A DNA stretch of 32,000 nt from Alkanindiges illinoisensis DSM 15370. Lineage in GTDB: Bacteria > Pseudomonadota > Gammaproteobacteria > Pseudomonadales > Moraxellaceae. The stretch spans positions 230,027 through 262,026 of the forward strand of contig NZ_KK211037.1 of NCBI RefSeq assembly GCF_000619845.1, in the 5' to 3' direction. This document shows positions 19,208-27,543 of this stretch, in pieces. Made by a program: the position numbers and the translations under genes. The notes under the pieces were generated by a model. That model had not been told where the DNA came from and ran no database searches. It saw nothing but the letters and a program-made list of their open reading frames with translations. The first letter of the stretch is position 1. The number at the start of each line of letters is the position of its first letter.

Positions 19208-19253
19208 TTAATCACCATATCATACCTTGCGGCACATATGGATTTGAAGTATA

Positions 19254-19329
19254 TGGTGGGTCGTCCGCGACTCGAACGCGGGACCAACGGATTAAAAGTC
19301 CGCTGCTCTACCGACTGAGCTAACGACCC
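19254..19329 (-). tRNA. tRNA-Lys (anticodon UUU)
   Basis: The minus strand reads GGGTCGTTAGCTCAGTCGGTAGAGCAGCGGACTTTTAATCCGTTGGTCCCGCGTTCGAGTCGCGGACGACCCACCA. This is 76 nt and folds as a full cloverleaf (acceptor GGGTCGT/ACGACCC, D stem GCTC/GAGC, T stem CCGCG/CGCGG, anticodon loop CTTTTAA) with an encoded CCA. Confidence 0.97.
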
Positions 19330-19356
19330 ATAACACAACGCTTCGTTGTGGCGCAC

Positions 19357-19384
19357 ATTCTATCAGCTTATTGAAATATGGCAA
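19357..19384 (-). promoter_or_regulatory. Candidate sigma70 promoter of tRNA-Lys (TTGCCA-N16-TAGAAT) with a GC-rich discriminator
   Basis: On the minus strand the -35 box is 19384-19379 and the -10 box is 19362-19357. GTGCGCC follows, then a 7-bp leader hairpin cacaacg/cgttgtg (19334-19350). Confidence 0.5.
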
Positions 19385-19417
19385 GCGCCAATGTGGCTTT
19401 ATTTCATTGTTTGGTCA

Positions 19418-19452
19418 TAAAAAAACCGCCGAATGCATTACAGACGGCGGTT
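19418..19452 (-). terminator. Rho-independent terminator of the acyl-CoA synthetase gene
   Basis: Stem accgccg (19425-19431) pairs with cggcggt (19445-19451). On the minus strand a T7 run follows. Confidence 0.8.
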
Positions 19453-19477
19453 TGCTGGGTTTTTAGGCAATTTGGGC

Positions 19478-21319
19478 CTAAAAACGATACTTGGATGCCT
19501 GAATATTGGCATGAATATCAGTTGTTACGACACAGTACTGCTTTTCACCCGGCAACCACGCTAGGATGGTTTCATCAGTTTTGCTTGGATCAAACGCCTG
19601 GGTTTTTAGCGTGTTCTTCTGGTACTTGAAGGTTCCCGTAGTTTCCATTTGCTTCTGAACACGTAAAAATACTGGCACCGCATAAGCAGGCATATTTTGC
19701 TGGAAGAAACTGAGCAGTTCGGCATAATCACTTTCTTCAAGGCTATGGCCTTCATGCGGAGTAATGGCGCACATGCCAGCGCGGCCATTGGTGTTAGGGA
19801 TTTCCACACCGTACACCACGGCTTCACTGATTTTTGGATGCTCAGCCACCAGATTTTCAACTTCGGTAGTAGATACGTTCTCACCTTTCCAGCGGAAAGT
19901 GTCGCCCAGGCGGTCAACGAACTGGGCATGACGGTAGCCAATATCACGCACCAGATCACCAGTGTTGAAATAACGGTCACCTTGTTTGAATACATTTTCA
20001 AATACCACGGATTTGTTTTTTTCCGGGTCTGTGTAGCCATCAAAGGGCGCGCGTTTGGTAATCTTGCCAATCAGCAGACCAGTTTCGCCAGTTTTAACCT
20101 TGATAAATCGGCCTTTGCTGTCCTTGATGGGTTCGTTTTTTTCCTTGTCAAATTTAACAATGGCATAAGGAGTAGGAGAGAAGCCGACAGTATTGTCAAA
20201 GTTGAAAATATTGCTAAAGCCCACGTTACCTTCACTGGAGGCATACAGCTCCATCACTTCTTCTACACCAAAGCGTTGCTTGAACTTGTTCCAGATGGTG
20301 GGACGCATGCCGTTGCCAATCATTTTGGTCACACGGTGGTCTTTATCCATAGAGGTGGCTGGGGTTTCCAGCAGATAACGGCACAGCTCACCCACATAGC
20401 CAATGGCCGAGGCATCAAAGCGCTGCACATCTGCCCAGAATTCACGGGCAGAAAACTTGCGCCGAATAGCCAGCGCCGAACCACCCGCCAGTACCGCTGC
20501 CCAGCACACTACCATGGCCGTTGCATGATAAAACGGCAGGGTCACATACATGACGTCGTGCTGGTTTAAATCCATGATATGACCATACGTCCCGTAAGCA
20601 CGCATCCAGCGACCATGGGTGAAAACCACCGCTTTTGGCAGGCCAGTCGTGCCTGAGGTGTAAATATAGAACAGGCCGTCGACAAAATACACGCTATTGG
20701 TGGTTGGCGGGTTAAAGCTGGGGTACTGCTGGATAATACTGGCCAGATTCTGGTAGCCTGCGGGTGCAGTGCCTGCATCCTTTAAGGTATCCTGATCTGC
20801 AAACCAGTACACTTCCTGCTTGTTCACATCCAGATTTTCCAGCACTTCATGCAGGGAAGACTGTACTTCTGCACCGACCACAATCGCGCGGGGCTGTACC
20901 AGATTAATGCTGTGGCACAATACTTTGCCTGTTTGCGCCGTGTTGACCAGCGCGGCAGTTACACCAATTTTGGCCAGTGCAACCACTGTGGCCAGCAGTT
21001 CGGGGCGGTTTTCAACAAAGACGGCAACCACATCGCCTTTTTGCAGGCCTTTGGACAAAAAGAAATGCGAAATCTGATTAATCCATTCATTGAACTGCAC
21101 ATAATTCAGCTCAGTCTCTTTATATAAAATGGCTTTGCCATACGGGTTTTGCCGAACGGTTTTTTCAAATGCCCAGCCCAGACCCATTGGTTTGCTGGCC
21201 CGGGTATCGTTGGCCAGGATCAGGCCATTCAGCACATGAGGCAGTTTTTTGAGTAAACGAGGAACCCGCTTTGCCACTTCGCTTAAGGTAATAACATCTT
21301 TCTGATTAGACTGGCTCAT
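19478..21319 (-). CDS. FATP/FadD6-type very-long-chain acyl-CoA synthetase
   Basis: 613 aa with the AMP-binding motif YIYTSGTTGLPKAVVFTH and the FATP-family signature MIGNGMRPTIWNKF. Confidence 0.9.
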   Translation of the reverse strand: MSQSNQKDVITLSEVAKRVPRLLKKLPHVLNGLILANDTRASKPMGLGWAFEKTVRQNPYGKAILYKETELNYVQFNEWINQISHFFLSKGLQKGDVVAVFVENRPELLATVVALAKIGVTAALVNTAQTGKVLCHSINLVQPRAIVVGAEVQSSLHEVLENLDVNKQEVYWFADQDTLKDAGTAPAGYQNLASIIQQYPSFNPPTTNSVYFVDGLFYIYTSGTTGLPKAVVFTHGRWMRAYGTYGHIMDLNQHDVMYVTLPFYHATAMVVCWAAVLAGGSALAIRRKFSAREFWADVQRFDASAIGYVGELCRYLLETPATSMDKDHRVTKMIGNGMRPTIWNKFKQRFGVEEVMELYASSEGNVGFSNIFNFDNTVGFSPTPYAIVKFDKEKNEPIKDSKGRFIKVKTGETGLLIGKITKRAPFDGYTDPEKNKSVVFENVFKQGDRYFNTGDLVRDIGYRHAQFVDRLGDTFRWKGENVSTTEVENLVAEHPKISEAVVYGVEIPNTNGRAGMCAITPHEGHSLEESDYAELLSFFQQNMPAYAVPVFLRVQKQMETTGTFKYQKNTLKTQAFDPSKTDETILAWLPGEKQYCVVTTDIHANIQASKYRF

Positions 21320-21430
21320 GGATAGCGATCCTTTATTTTAAGTCGGTACAGGGTTTTAAATTGGCAGCGCCTGTTGCAGGGTTGCCACAACAGGCCAGCG
21401 AATCGTGCATGGGTAACAAAAATATGCCCG

Positions 21431-21458
21431 ATTATCCGTTAAATCTGGCGCGGGTCAA
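21431..21458 (-). promoter_or_regulatory. Candidate sigma70 promoter (TTGACC-N16-GATAAT) for the acyl-CoA synthetase gene
   Basis: On the minus strand the -35 box is 21458-21453 and the -10 box is 21436-21431, just after the MerR-gene stop. The predicted leader contains an 8-bp hairpin gcctgttg/caacaggc (21369-21395). Confidence 0.45.
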
Positions 21459-21465
21459 GAGCCCA

Positions 21466-22245
21466 TTAGGACGAATTATCAGACTGTTTTAGCACATGGC
21501 TCACCATATACTGGGTCATTTGCTGTTTTAGGGCACGTGACAGGGCATTATTCAGTTCAATGGCCACTGTGGCTGCAAAGAGTGGGCGCAGCTGATCAAC
21601 CAGAGCAGTGGCCTGATGCAGCTCAAGCGGGGGCACAGAAGGTACTTGAGGGAAAACAATAGACAGGCCAATTTCTGCAACAGAGGTGGCGGCAGTGTCC
21701 AGATTTTTGCGCAGGTTTACCACAATATCCAGCAGCTGACGAAAGCTGAATTGATAGTCAATCAGGGTGGTGGCAAGTTGCAGCAGACCAGCATGGCTGA
21801 TTTTAACCAGGCCATCTGGCGCTGGCTCAAGCACCCCTACTTCAAATGCATACTGGATGTCCTGCGAGGTGGGTGCCGTACTAAAACGGCTGGCCAGTGC
21901 ATCAAGGGTTAAATGAAGCGGTTGTTCTTCAGTCCAGATATTGGCAACAGCCGTATTCAGGCCAATCAACTGGTTCAGATTATGGCCCTGTTCATGGGCA
22001 TGCAGGATTTCGCTGATATTGGCAATCGAATAGCCACGGGTCAGTAATTGCTGGATCATGCGCAGGCGAACCAGATGGTCTTCGCCGTAGATGGCAATGC
22101 GTCCGCGCTTAACCGGGGCAGGCAAAATGCCTTTTTCCTGATAGGCGCGGATATTGCGGATGCTGGCAAGGGTTAGCTCAGCCAGTTGAGTAATGGTGTA
22201 CTCAGAACTGGCTGGCGTATCACTGTCCGGGAAGTGTTTACCCAT
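21466..22245 (-). CDS. MerR-family transcriptional regulator with a long uncharacterised C-terminal domain
   Basis: 259 aa. The N-terminal MerR HTH reads YTITQLAELTLASIRNIRAYQEKGILPAP...IAIYGEDHLVRLRMIQQL. The remaining roughly 170 aa have no family I recognise. Confidence 0.85.
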   Translation of the reverse strand: MGKHFPDSDTPASSEYTITQLAELTLASIRNIRAYQEKGILPAPVKRGRIAIYGEDHLVRLRMIQQLLTRGYSIANISEILHAHEQGHNLNQLIGLNTAVANIWTEEQPLHLTLDALASRFSTAPTSQDIQYAFEVGVLEPAPDGLVKISHAGLLQLATTLIDYQFSFRQLLDIVVNLRKNLDTAATSVAEIGLSIVFPQVPSVPPLELHQATALVDQLRPLFAATVAIELNNALSRALKQQMTQYMVSHVLKQSDNSS

Positions 22246-22257
22246 GACGGTACATGC

Positions 22258-25200
22258 TTACGAAGAAGCACCCTGCTTTTTCGGTGGACGGCCCCGTGGA
22301 CGACGTGGTCGGGCTGGTTTTTCCTTGTCAGCCTTGGAGTCAGCGTCAGCACTGTCCGACTGTTCATCAGCTGCCAATTGGTGAGACTGGTCAGTTGATT
22401 TGTCATCGGATGGCGTGGCAGTTTCAGCATTGGCTGCAACCACGGCTTGCAGGTTGGCTTCGGATTCACCCACAGGCTGGGCAGCCTGCTGGTCTTGCTC
22501 AGCTGAAGCATTCACCTCAGTGGTCACCACCGGATTGGCCTGGATTACTTCAACTGACGGGTTATCGTGAGTTGCCTGCTCAGGCTGGGTTTCAGCAGTA
22601 CTGCCATCCACAGGTTCAGCCACTGGTGCTTCGGCTGCACCTAATTGTTCAGCGGTAGCTTGCTCATCAGCGCTAGCCTGCGGCTCGTTTACCGGGTTTG
22701 TTTCAGGCACTACAGTACCATCCTGTGCTGCTTCAGCCGCCATTCTGCGCCGCATACGCGGGTCATTGGCTGCACGTTGCTTGGGCTCAGGAGGCGTTGT
22801 CGGTAGTAACTCTACTGGCTCCTGTGGTTCTACAGGTGCAATAGGCTGCTGGACTGGCGCAGGCTGTTCTGCCGGGCTAGCCACTTGATGACGCTGTTGC
22901 AGGGCTTGCAGGAATGCGGTAATCACATTGCCATCTTCCAGCAAAGCCTGGGCGGCATCACCCAGTACAGCACGGATAAATTCACCCGTGGTGCCCTGTA
23001 CCGGCAGTGACTGAAGCTGCTGTGCACTGCTACTGGCCACTTCGTCTACCTGAGCTATGATTAAGGCCGGGTCAACTGCAAATTGCAGCGCTGGCTCGTC
23101 CAGACCCAATTCACGGCGACGACGACGTTCACGCGGGTCATTTAACGCGCGCTGGGGCTCGGCTGTGGTGGCAGAATCTGCGCTTGGCAGGTTACTGGCT
23201 GGGTCTTCACCAACATCAACGGCATGGTTGGGCGCGGCTTCATTGACTACCGGCTCAGGCTGATCGAGACTAATCAGGCTGGACTGGTGAGAATCCACAT
23301 TGATAACCAGTGCTTCCACCATCTGCACCTGAGTTTCATGCTCAACTGCCAGCAAACGTGGTGCTTGGTCAGCATGATTTGTTTCAATTGCAGGCTGCGT
23401 TACAGTTTCAGTGTGTGCAGCATGCACGCTACGGGTTTCAACCACACTGGTTGTGGCCTGCTCAACAGCTTCGGTCAGTACGCTTTGATCACGGTGACGC
23501 GGGCCACGGCCAGGACGGTTGCTGGCCTGACGGTCACGACGTGGAACAGCCGCCTCTTGGCTGTCGGTTCTTTCCGGGCGATCCTGACGCTCAGGACGCT
23601 CTTGTCTGTCCTGATTTGGCTGCTGACGGCGACCACGGCCACGTACTTGTGGTGCTGCGTTGCTGTCTTCAGCGATTTGAGCAACGTCTACGCTTTCAAC
23701 CACCTCACGTTCACGTGGACTATGCTCACGTTCACGCTGCTGATCGCGCTTGCGGTTATTGTTGCGCTGGCGACCATTGCCTGTGTTGCCACGACCATTA
23801 TTGTCATTACTGATCGCATGGCTTGCCGCTGTAATGGTGTCCTGTGCTACAGCACCCTTGCTGTATACATTCACTACTTCGGGCTTTTCTTCTTTGGCCG
23901 GTGCCACCTTGTTCAGGCTGCCATAGACACCTTTGCTAACTGCGCCATCATTGACCAGTTGTTCAATGGCCGAGGCTGCATCTTTGGCGCTTACCGCATC
24001 CTGGGTCTTGGCCTGCTTGGTGACAAACAGGTTTTCCAGCCAGGCACAGGCACGGTTGTCTGTCTTGGCTGCTGGAGCAGGCTGACTGGTTGGGGCTTTT
24101 ACGGCAGGCTCTGCATGGCGGGGTTTTTCAGTAATCGCGGCAGGTTCAATGACCACAGGTTGCTGTTGCCAGTCTGTGGCTTCATAACCCAGTTCTGATT
24201 CGCTGGCGCGGGTGGCTTCGGTGCGCTCATAGCTGGCCGGGCCAAAACCATCACGGTTGTACTGGATATGATAGTGCGGTGTTTCCAGATGCGGGTGCGG
24301 CAATACCGTAATGCGTACCTGACTGTTTTGTTCCAGATACACAATGGCATTGCGTTTTTCATTAAGCAGAAACGCTGCAATTTCAACCGGTACTTCAATT
24401 TGCACTTCACCCTGACGTTCACGCAGGGCAATTTCCTCAATCGAGCGCATAATTGACAAGGACAGCGAACGCAGGTCACGCACCATGCCAGTACCATGAC
24501 AGCGTGGGCACACATAACCTGTGGCTTCTTCCAGTGAAGGACGCAAACGCTGGCGGCTCATTTCCATCAAGCCAAACCGTGATAGCTGACCAAACTGAAT
24601 GCGCGCACGGTCGCTTTGAGTGGCTTCACGCAGCTTGTTTTCCACCAGACGCTGGTTACGGTCTTTGGTCATGTCAATGAAGTCAATGACGATCAGGCCA
24701 CCAATATCACGCAGGCGTAACTGGCGGGCAATTTCTTCAGCAGCTTCAATATTGGTATTAAGGGCAGTGTCTTCAACATCATGGCCGCGGGTGGCTTTGG
24801 CCGAGTTGATGTCAATGGATACCAGCGCTTCGGTCTGGTCAATCACAATCGAACCACCGGAAGGCAGTTTGACTTCACGCTGATAAGCCGTTTCAATCTG
24901 GCTTTCAATGCCAAAACGGGCAAATAATGGTTCGCTGGCGGTATATTTTTTCAGCTTGTCGATCTGGTGCGGCATCACCTGTTGTACAAAATGATGGGCT
25001 TCATTAAAGGCCTGTTCATTGTCAATCAGGATTTCGCTGATGTCATCACGCAGGTAATCACGCACGGCACGGGTGACCACACCAGCTTCCTGATGCACCA
25101 GAATAGGTGATGGACTATTACTGGCGGTATTCTGGATTTGTTGCCACAGGGTGAGCAGATGTTGCAGGTCAAGCTGTAGCTCTTCCGGCGTGCGGCCAAT

Positions 25201-25710
25201 CCCGGCAGTGCGTACAATCACACTCATGCCGCGCGGAATATTCAGGGTAGCCAGAATTTCCTTCATTTCTTCACGCACAGAACCAGCGATCTGGCGGCTG
25301 ATGCCACCCCCTTTGGGGTTGTTGGGCATTAATACCAGATAGCGGCCAGCCAGTGAAATAAAGGTAGACAGGGCAGCGCCCTTATTACCACGCTCTTCTT
25401 TTTCGACCTGAACCAGTAGTTCGGTACCTTCACTAATCAGGTCACGAATATTGTGGGTGGAACGGGCATCGGCTTGCAGATAGCTGTTGGCAATCTCGCG
25501 CATGGACAGGAAGCCCTGACGGTTTGCGCCATATTCAACAAACACAGCTTCCAGAGAAGGCTCTACACGGGTGACATGACCCTTATAGATGTTGGATTTC
25601 TTTTGTTCGCGGGTGCGGTTTTCAAGGTCAAAATCGTATAGACGATTACCAGTGATGAGTGCAACGCGAATTTCTTCAGCATGCGTTGCATTGATCAGCA
25701 TACGTTTCAT
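22258..25710 (-). CDS. rne: Ribonuclease E
   Basis: The canonical N-terminus MKRMLINATHAEEIRVALI begins at ATG 25710 (AGGTG 8 nt upstream). The track start at 25740 adds 10 unsupported codons. The catalytic half includes the Zn-link CPRCHGTG. A roughly 640-aa low-complexity Arg/Glu/Pro/Gln-rich C-terminal scaffold follows. Total length is 1150 aa. Confidence 0.96.
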   Translation of the reverse strand: MKRMLINATHAEEIRVALITGNRLYDFDLENRTREQKKSNIYKGHVTRVEPSLEAVFVEYGANRQGFLSMREIANSYLQADARSTHNIRDLISEGTELLVQVEKEERGNKGAALSTFISLAGRYLVLMPNNPKGGGISRQIAGSVREEMKEILATLNIPRGMSVIVRTAGIGRTPEELQLDLQHLLTLWQQIQNTASNSPSPILVHQEAGVVTRAVRDYLRDDISEILIDNEQAFNEAHHFVQQVMPHQIDKLKKYTASEPLFARFGIESQIETAYQREVKLPSGGSIVIDQTEALVSIDINSAKATRGHDVEDTALNTNIEAAEEIARQLRLRDIGGLIVIDFIDMTKDRNQRLVENKLREATQSDRARIQFGQLSRFGLMEMSRQRLRPSLEEATGYVCPRCHGTGMVRDLRSLSLSIMRSIEEIALRERQGEVQIEVPVEIAAFLLNEKRNAIVYLEQNSQVRITVLPHPHLETPHYHIQYNRDGFGPASYERTEATRASESELGYEATDWQQQPVVIEPAAITEKPRHAEPAVKAPTSQPAPAAKTDNRACAWLENLFVTKQAKTQDAVSAKDAASAIEQLVNDGAVSKGVYGSLNKVAPAKEEKPEVVNVYSKGAVAQDTITAASHAISNDNNGRGNTGNGRQRNNNRKRDQQREREHSPREREVVESVDVAQIAEDSNAAPQVRGRGRRQQPNQDRQERPERQDRPERTDSQEAAVPRRDRQASNRPGRGPRHRDQSVLTEAVEQATTSVVETRSVHAAHTETVTQPAIETNHADQAPRLLAVEHETQVQMVEALVINVDSHQSSLISLDQPEPVVNEAAPNHAVDVGEDPASNLPSADSATTAEPQRALNDPRERRRRRELGLDEPALQFAVDPALIIAQVDEVASSSAQQLQSLPVQGTTGEFIRAVLGDAAQALLEDGNVITAFLQALQQRHQVASPAEQPAPVQQPIAPVEPQEPVELLPTTPPEPKQRAANDPRMRRRMAAEAAQDGTVVPETNPVNEPQASADEQATAEQLGAAEAPVAEPVDGSTAETQPEQATHDNPSVEVIQANPVVTTEVNASAEQDQQAAQPVGESEANLQAVVAANAETATPSDDKSTDQSHQLAADEQSDSADADSKADKEKPARPRRPRGRPPKKQGASS

Positions 25711-26557
25711 GGGTGTGACACCTAATAGTGACACACACACACAGATCGGTTCGCCATATAATCGCGCGAACGGCGAGCTTTTTAGTACCTATCGGCTATT
25801 GGGTGTCAATGGGACAGACCGCATTGACCAATATGTACTAATTCCTTTTAATCAAAGGTCAAAGTCTTGCTTTGACACCGGATAGCGGTGCCTCGTCCAA
25901 TCAAATGGATTGGTGCTCCCTGTTGTTTGGCTAAAATCGCAAAACGCTTACCGTAACCAAATCAAGTCATTCCTTAAGACTGCATCACCATGTTCACTAT
26001 GGTGTCTGCCGCAACTACGGATCACGTAATATGGCGCAAGGCAGTTTGCATGACACGGTAAACTGTTTTGTCTTCTGATTTTAAAACACCAAAAACAGCG
26101 GATTGCGACCTGTTATGTGTGCATCAGTTTTCATTTAAACCTGCATAAAGGCAGGGTTCATTTAAACTTGTCAGCCAGATTGGCTTGTATTTGATAAAAC
26201 CCATACAGGCTGACAAGATTTGCCGATATACTTAACCCTCGGCGAGGATGTATTCCTTAAGGTCGTGCTGCGCATTATCTAGGGATAACCATTTGGCATT
26301 TACCATCAGGGTGCAATTGGCACAACTGAACCGGTAAAGCAATGGGCAAACACCACCGTGCGCTGACTATATCAGACCTTTTCGTTTAAGCATACGGGAA
26401 GTCAGGATTTTTTCAGGCTTGTTTGTTATTTTTTCTCACAGGCCAGCATTGCTAAATATGTGCCTTGCAGCAGCAAGCAGGTTGAGCTTTTTTAAAGACA
26501 ACCCAACTGTTGCAAGGCAGGCCGTGAATTCACATTTTTTATAAATACAGGTTAGGT
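25711..26557 (-). promoter_or_regulatory. 847-bp non-coding gap between divergent rne and rluC; presumed long structured rne 5' leader plus both promoters
   Basis: No credible ORF is present. Several hairpins are: 25858-25876 (7-bp stem), 25897-25913, 25986-26004 and 26167-26217 (a perfect 10-bp stem cttgtcagcc/ggctgacaag). An (AC)6.5 run lies at 25731-25743. E. coli rne has a long autoregulatory 5' UTR in the same rne/rluC arrangement. Confidence 0.45.
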
Positions 26558-27484
26558 ATGGCTGAACAAAGCTGGCAGCAGGTAAGTTGGTTTGAGGTTG
26601 ATGAGCACCAGGATGGCCAGCGCATTGATAACTATTTGTTTAGCCGTTTAAAGGGCGTGCCCAAAAGCCGTATTTATCGCCTGATCCGTGAGGGTGAAGT
26701 GCGGGTGAACAAGGGTCGTGTAAAGGCTGAAACCCGCCTAAAAACCGGAGACCAGATTCGGGTAGCACCTATTCGCCGGATAACTGCTGATGAGCAGGTT
26801 CAGGTCAAAGTGGGCGATGAGCTGGCGCAAAGTCTGGTAAACCGGATTGTATTTGAAGATGAGGGACTGATTGTACTGGATAAGCCTGCCGGAATTGCGG
26901 TGCATGGCGGCAGTGGCGTGGCCTTTGGGGTGATTGAGGCGCTACGGCAGGCACTGGGCAAGCCGTATCTGGAATTGGTACACCGCATTGACCGCGATAC
27001 TTCCGGCCTGCTGATGATCAGTAAAAAACGCAGTACCTTAAAGCTATTACAGGATTACCTGCGCACTGGAAAAATCCGCAAGACTTATCAGGCGCTGGTG
27101 AAGGGTAATGTGTTACTGGACAGCCAGATGATTGATGCACCCTTGCTGCGCTATGAGCTGGCCAATGGGGAGCGCCGGGTACGGGTGTCTAAAGAAGGCA
27201 AGCCCAGCCAGACCCTGTGGCAGGTGGCAGAACGCTTTAAGCAGGCCACACTGGTGAATGCCAGCCCATTAACCGGACGTACTCATCAAATCCGGGTACA
27301 CGGGCTGTTTATTGGCCATCCGCTGGTGGGCGATGACAAATATGGTCATGATGTTTTATGGCAGGGTACACCGGCGCGCCGCCTGTGTCTGCATGCTGCC
27401 CAGCTTGAAATTCCAGGTTATTCAATTATTAAGGCAGAGTTACCAGCAGATATAAAAAATTTGATCCAGCAGTTGCGTTTTTAG
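26558..27484 (+). CDS. rluC: 23S rRNA pseudouridine synthase RluC (RluA family)
   Basis: 308 aa with an N-terminal S4-like domain, the catalytic motif HRIDRDTSGLLM and ...GRTHQIRVH. The gene is divergent from rne, as in E. coli. Confidence 0.88.
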   Translation: MAEQSWQQVSWFEVDEHQDGQRIDNYLFSRLKGVPKSRIYRLIREGEVRVNKGRVKAETRLKTGDQIRVAPIRRITADEQVQVKVGDELAQSLVNRIVFEDEGLIVLDKPAGIAVHGGSGVAFGVIEALRQALGKPYLELVHRIDRDTSGLLMISKKRSTLKLLQDYLRTGKIRKTYQALVKGNVLLDSQMIDAPLLRYELANGERRVRVSKEGKPSQTLWQVAERFKQATLVNASPLTGRTHQIRVHGLFIGHPLVGDDKYGHDVLWQGTPARRLCLHAAQLEIPGYSIIKAELPADIKNLIQQLRF

Positions 27485-27543
27485 GTTTAGGTCGGCATAG
27501 TCGGGAAGAATTAGACTTTAGTCAAAATGGAGCTTTAGACAAT

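Noticed and set aside
17941-19253. Calling the tRNA-Lys-adjacent segment a mobile element or genomic island
   Set aside because: I found no integrase, no recombinase, and no direct repeat of the tRNA 3' end at the distal boundary. Only composition and position support foreign origin, so it is reported as a finding and not annotated as a mobile element.
19697-20569. 290-aa + strand ORF
   Set aside because: It lies entirely antisense to the well-supported acyl-CoA synthetase gene. It has no RBS or recognisable motifs, and such shadow ORFs are expected opposite long genes.
23224-24198. 324-aa + strand ORF, plus other + strand ORFs at 22186-25885
   Set aside because: They are antisense to rne. 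Their Cys/Leu/Arg-rich odd composition mirrors the low-complexity Arg/Glu/Pro region of RNase E. No start context is present.
25711-25740. N-terminal extension of rne (track start 25740, MCVSLLGVTP...)
   Set aside because: The canonical RNase E N-terminus MKRMLINAT begins at 25710 with an AGGTG RBS 8 nt upstream. The extension would run through the RBS and the (AC)n run.
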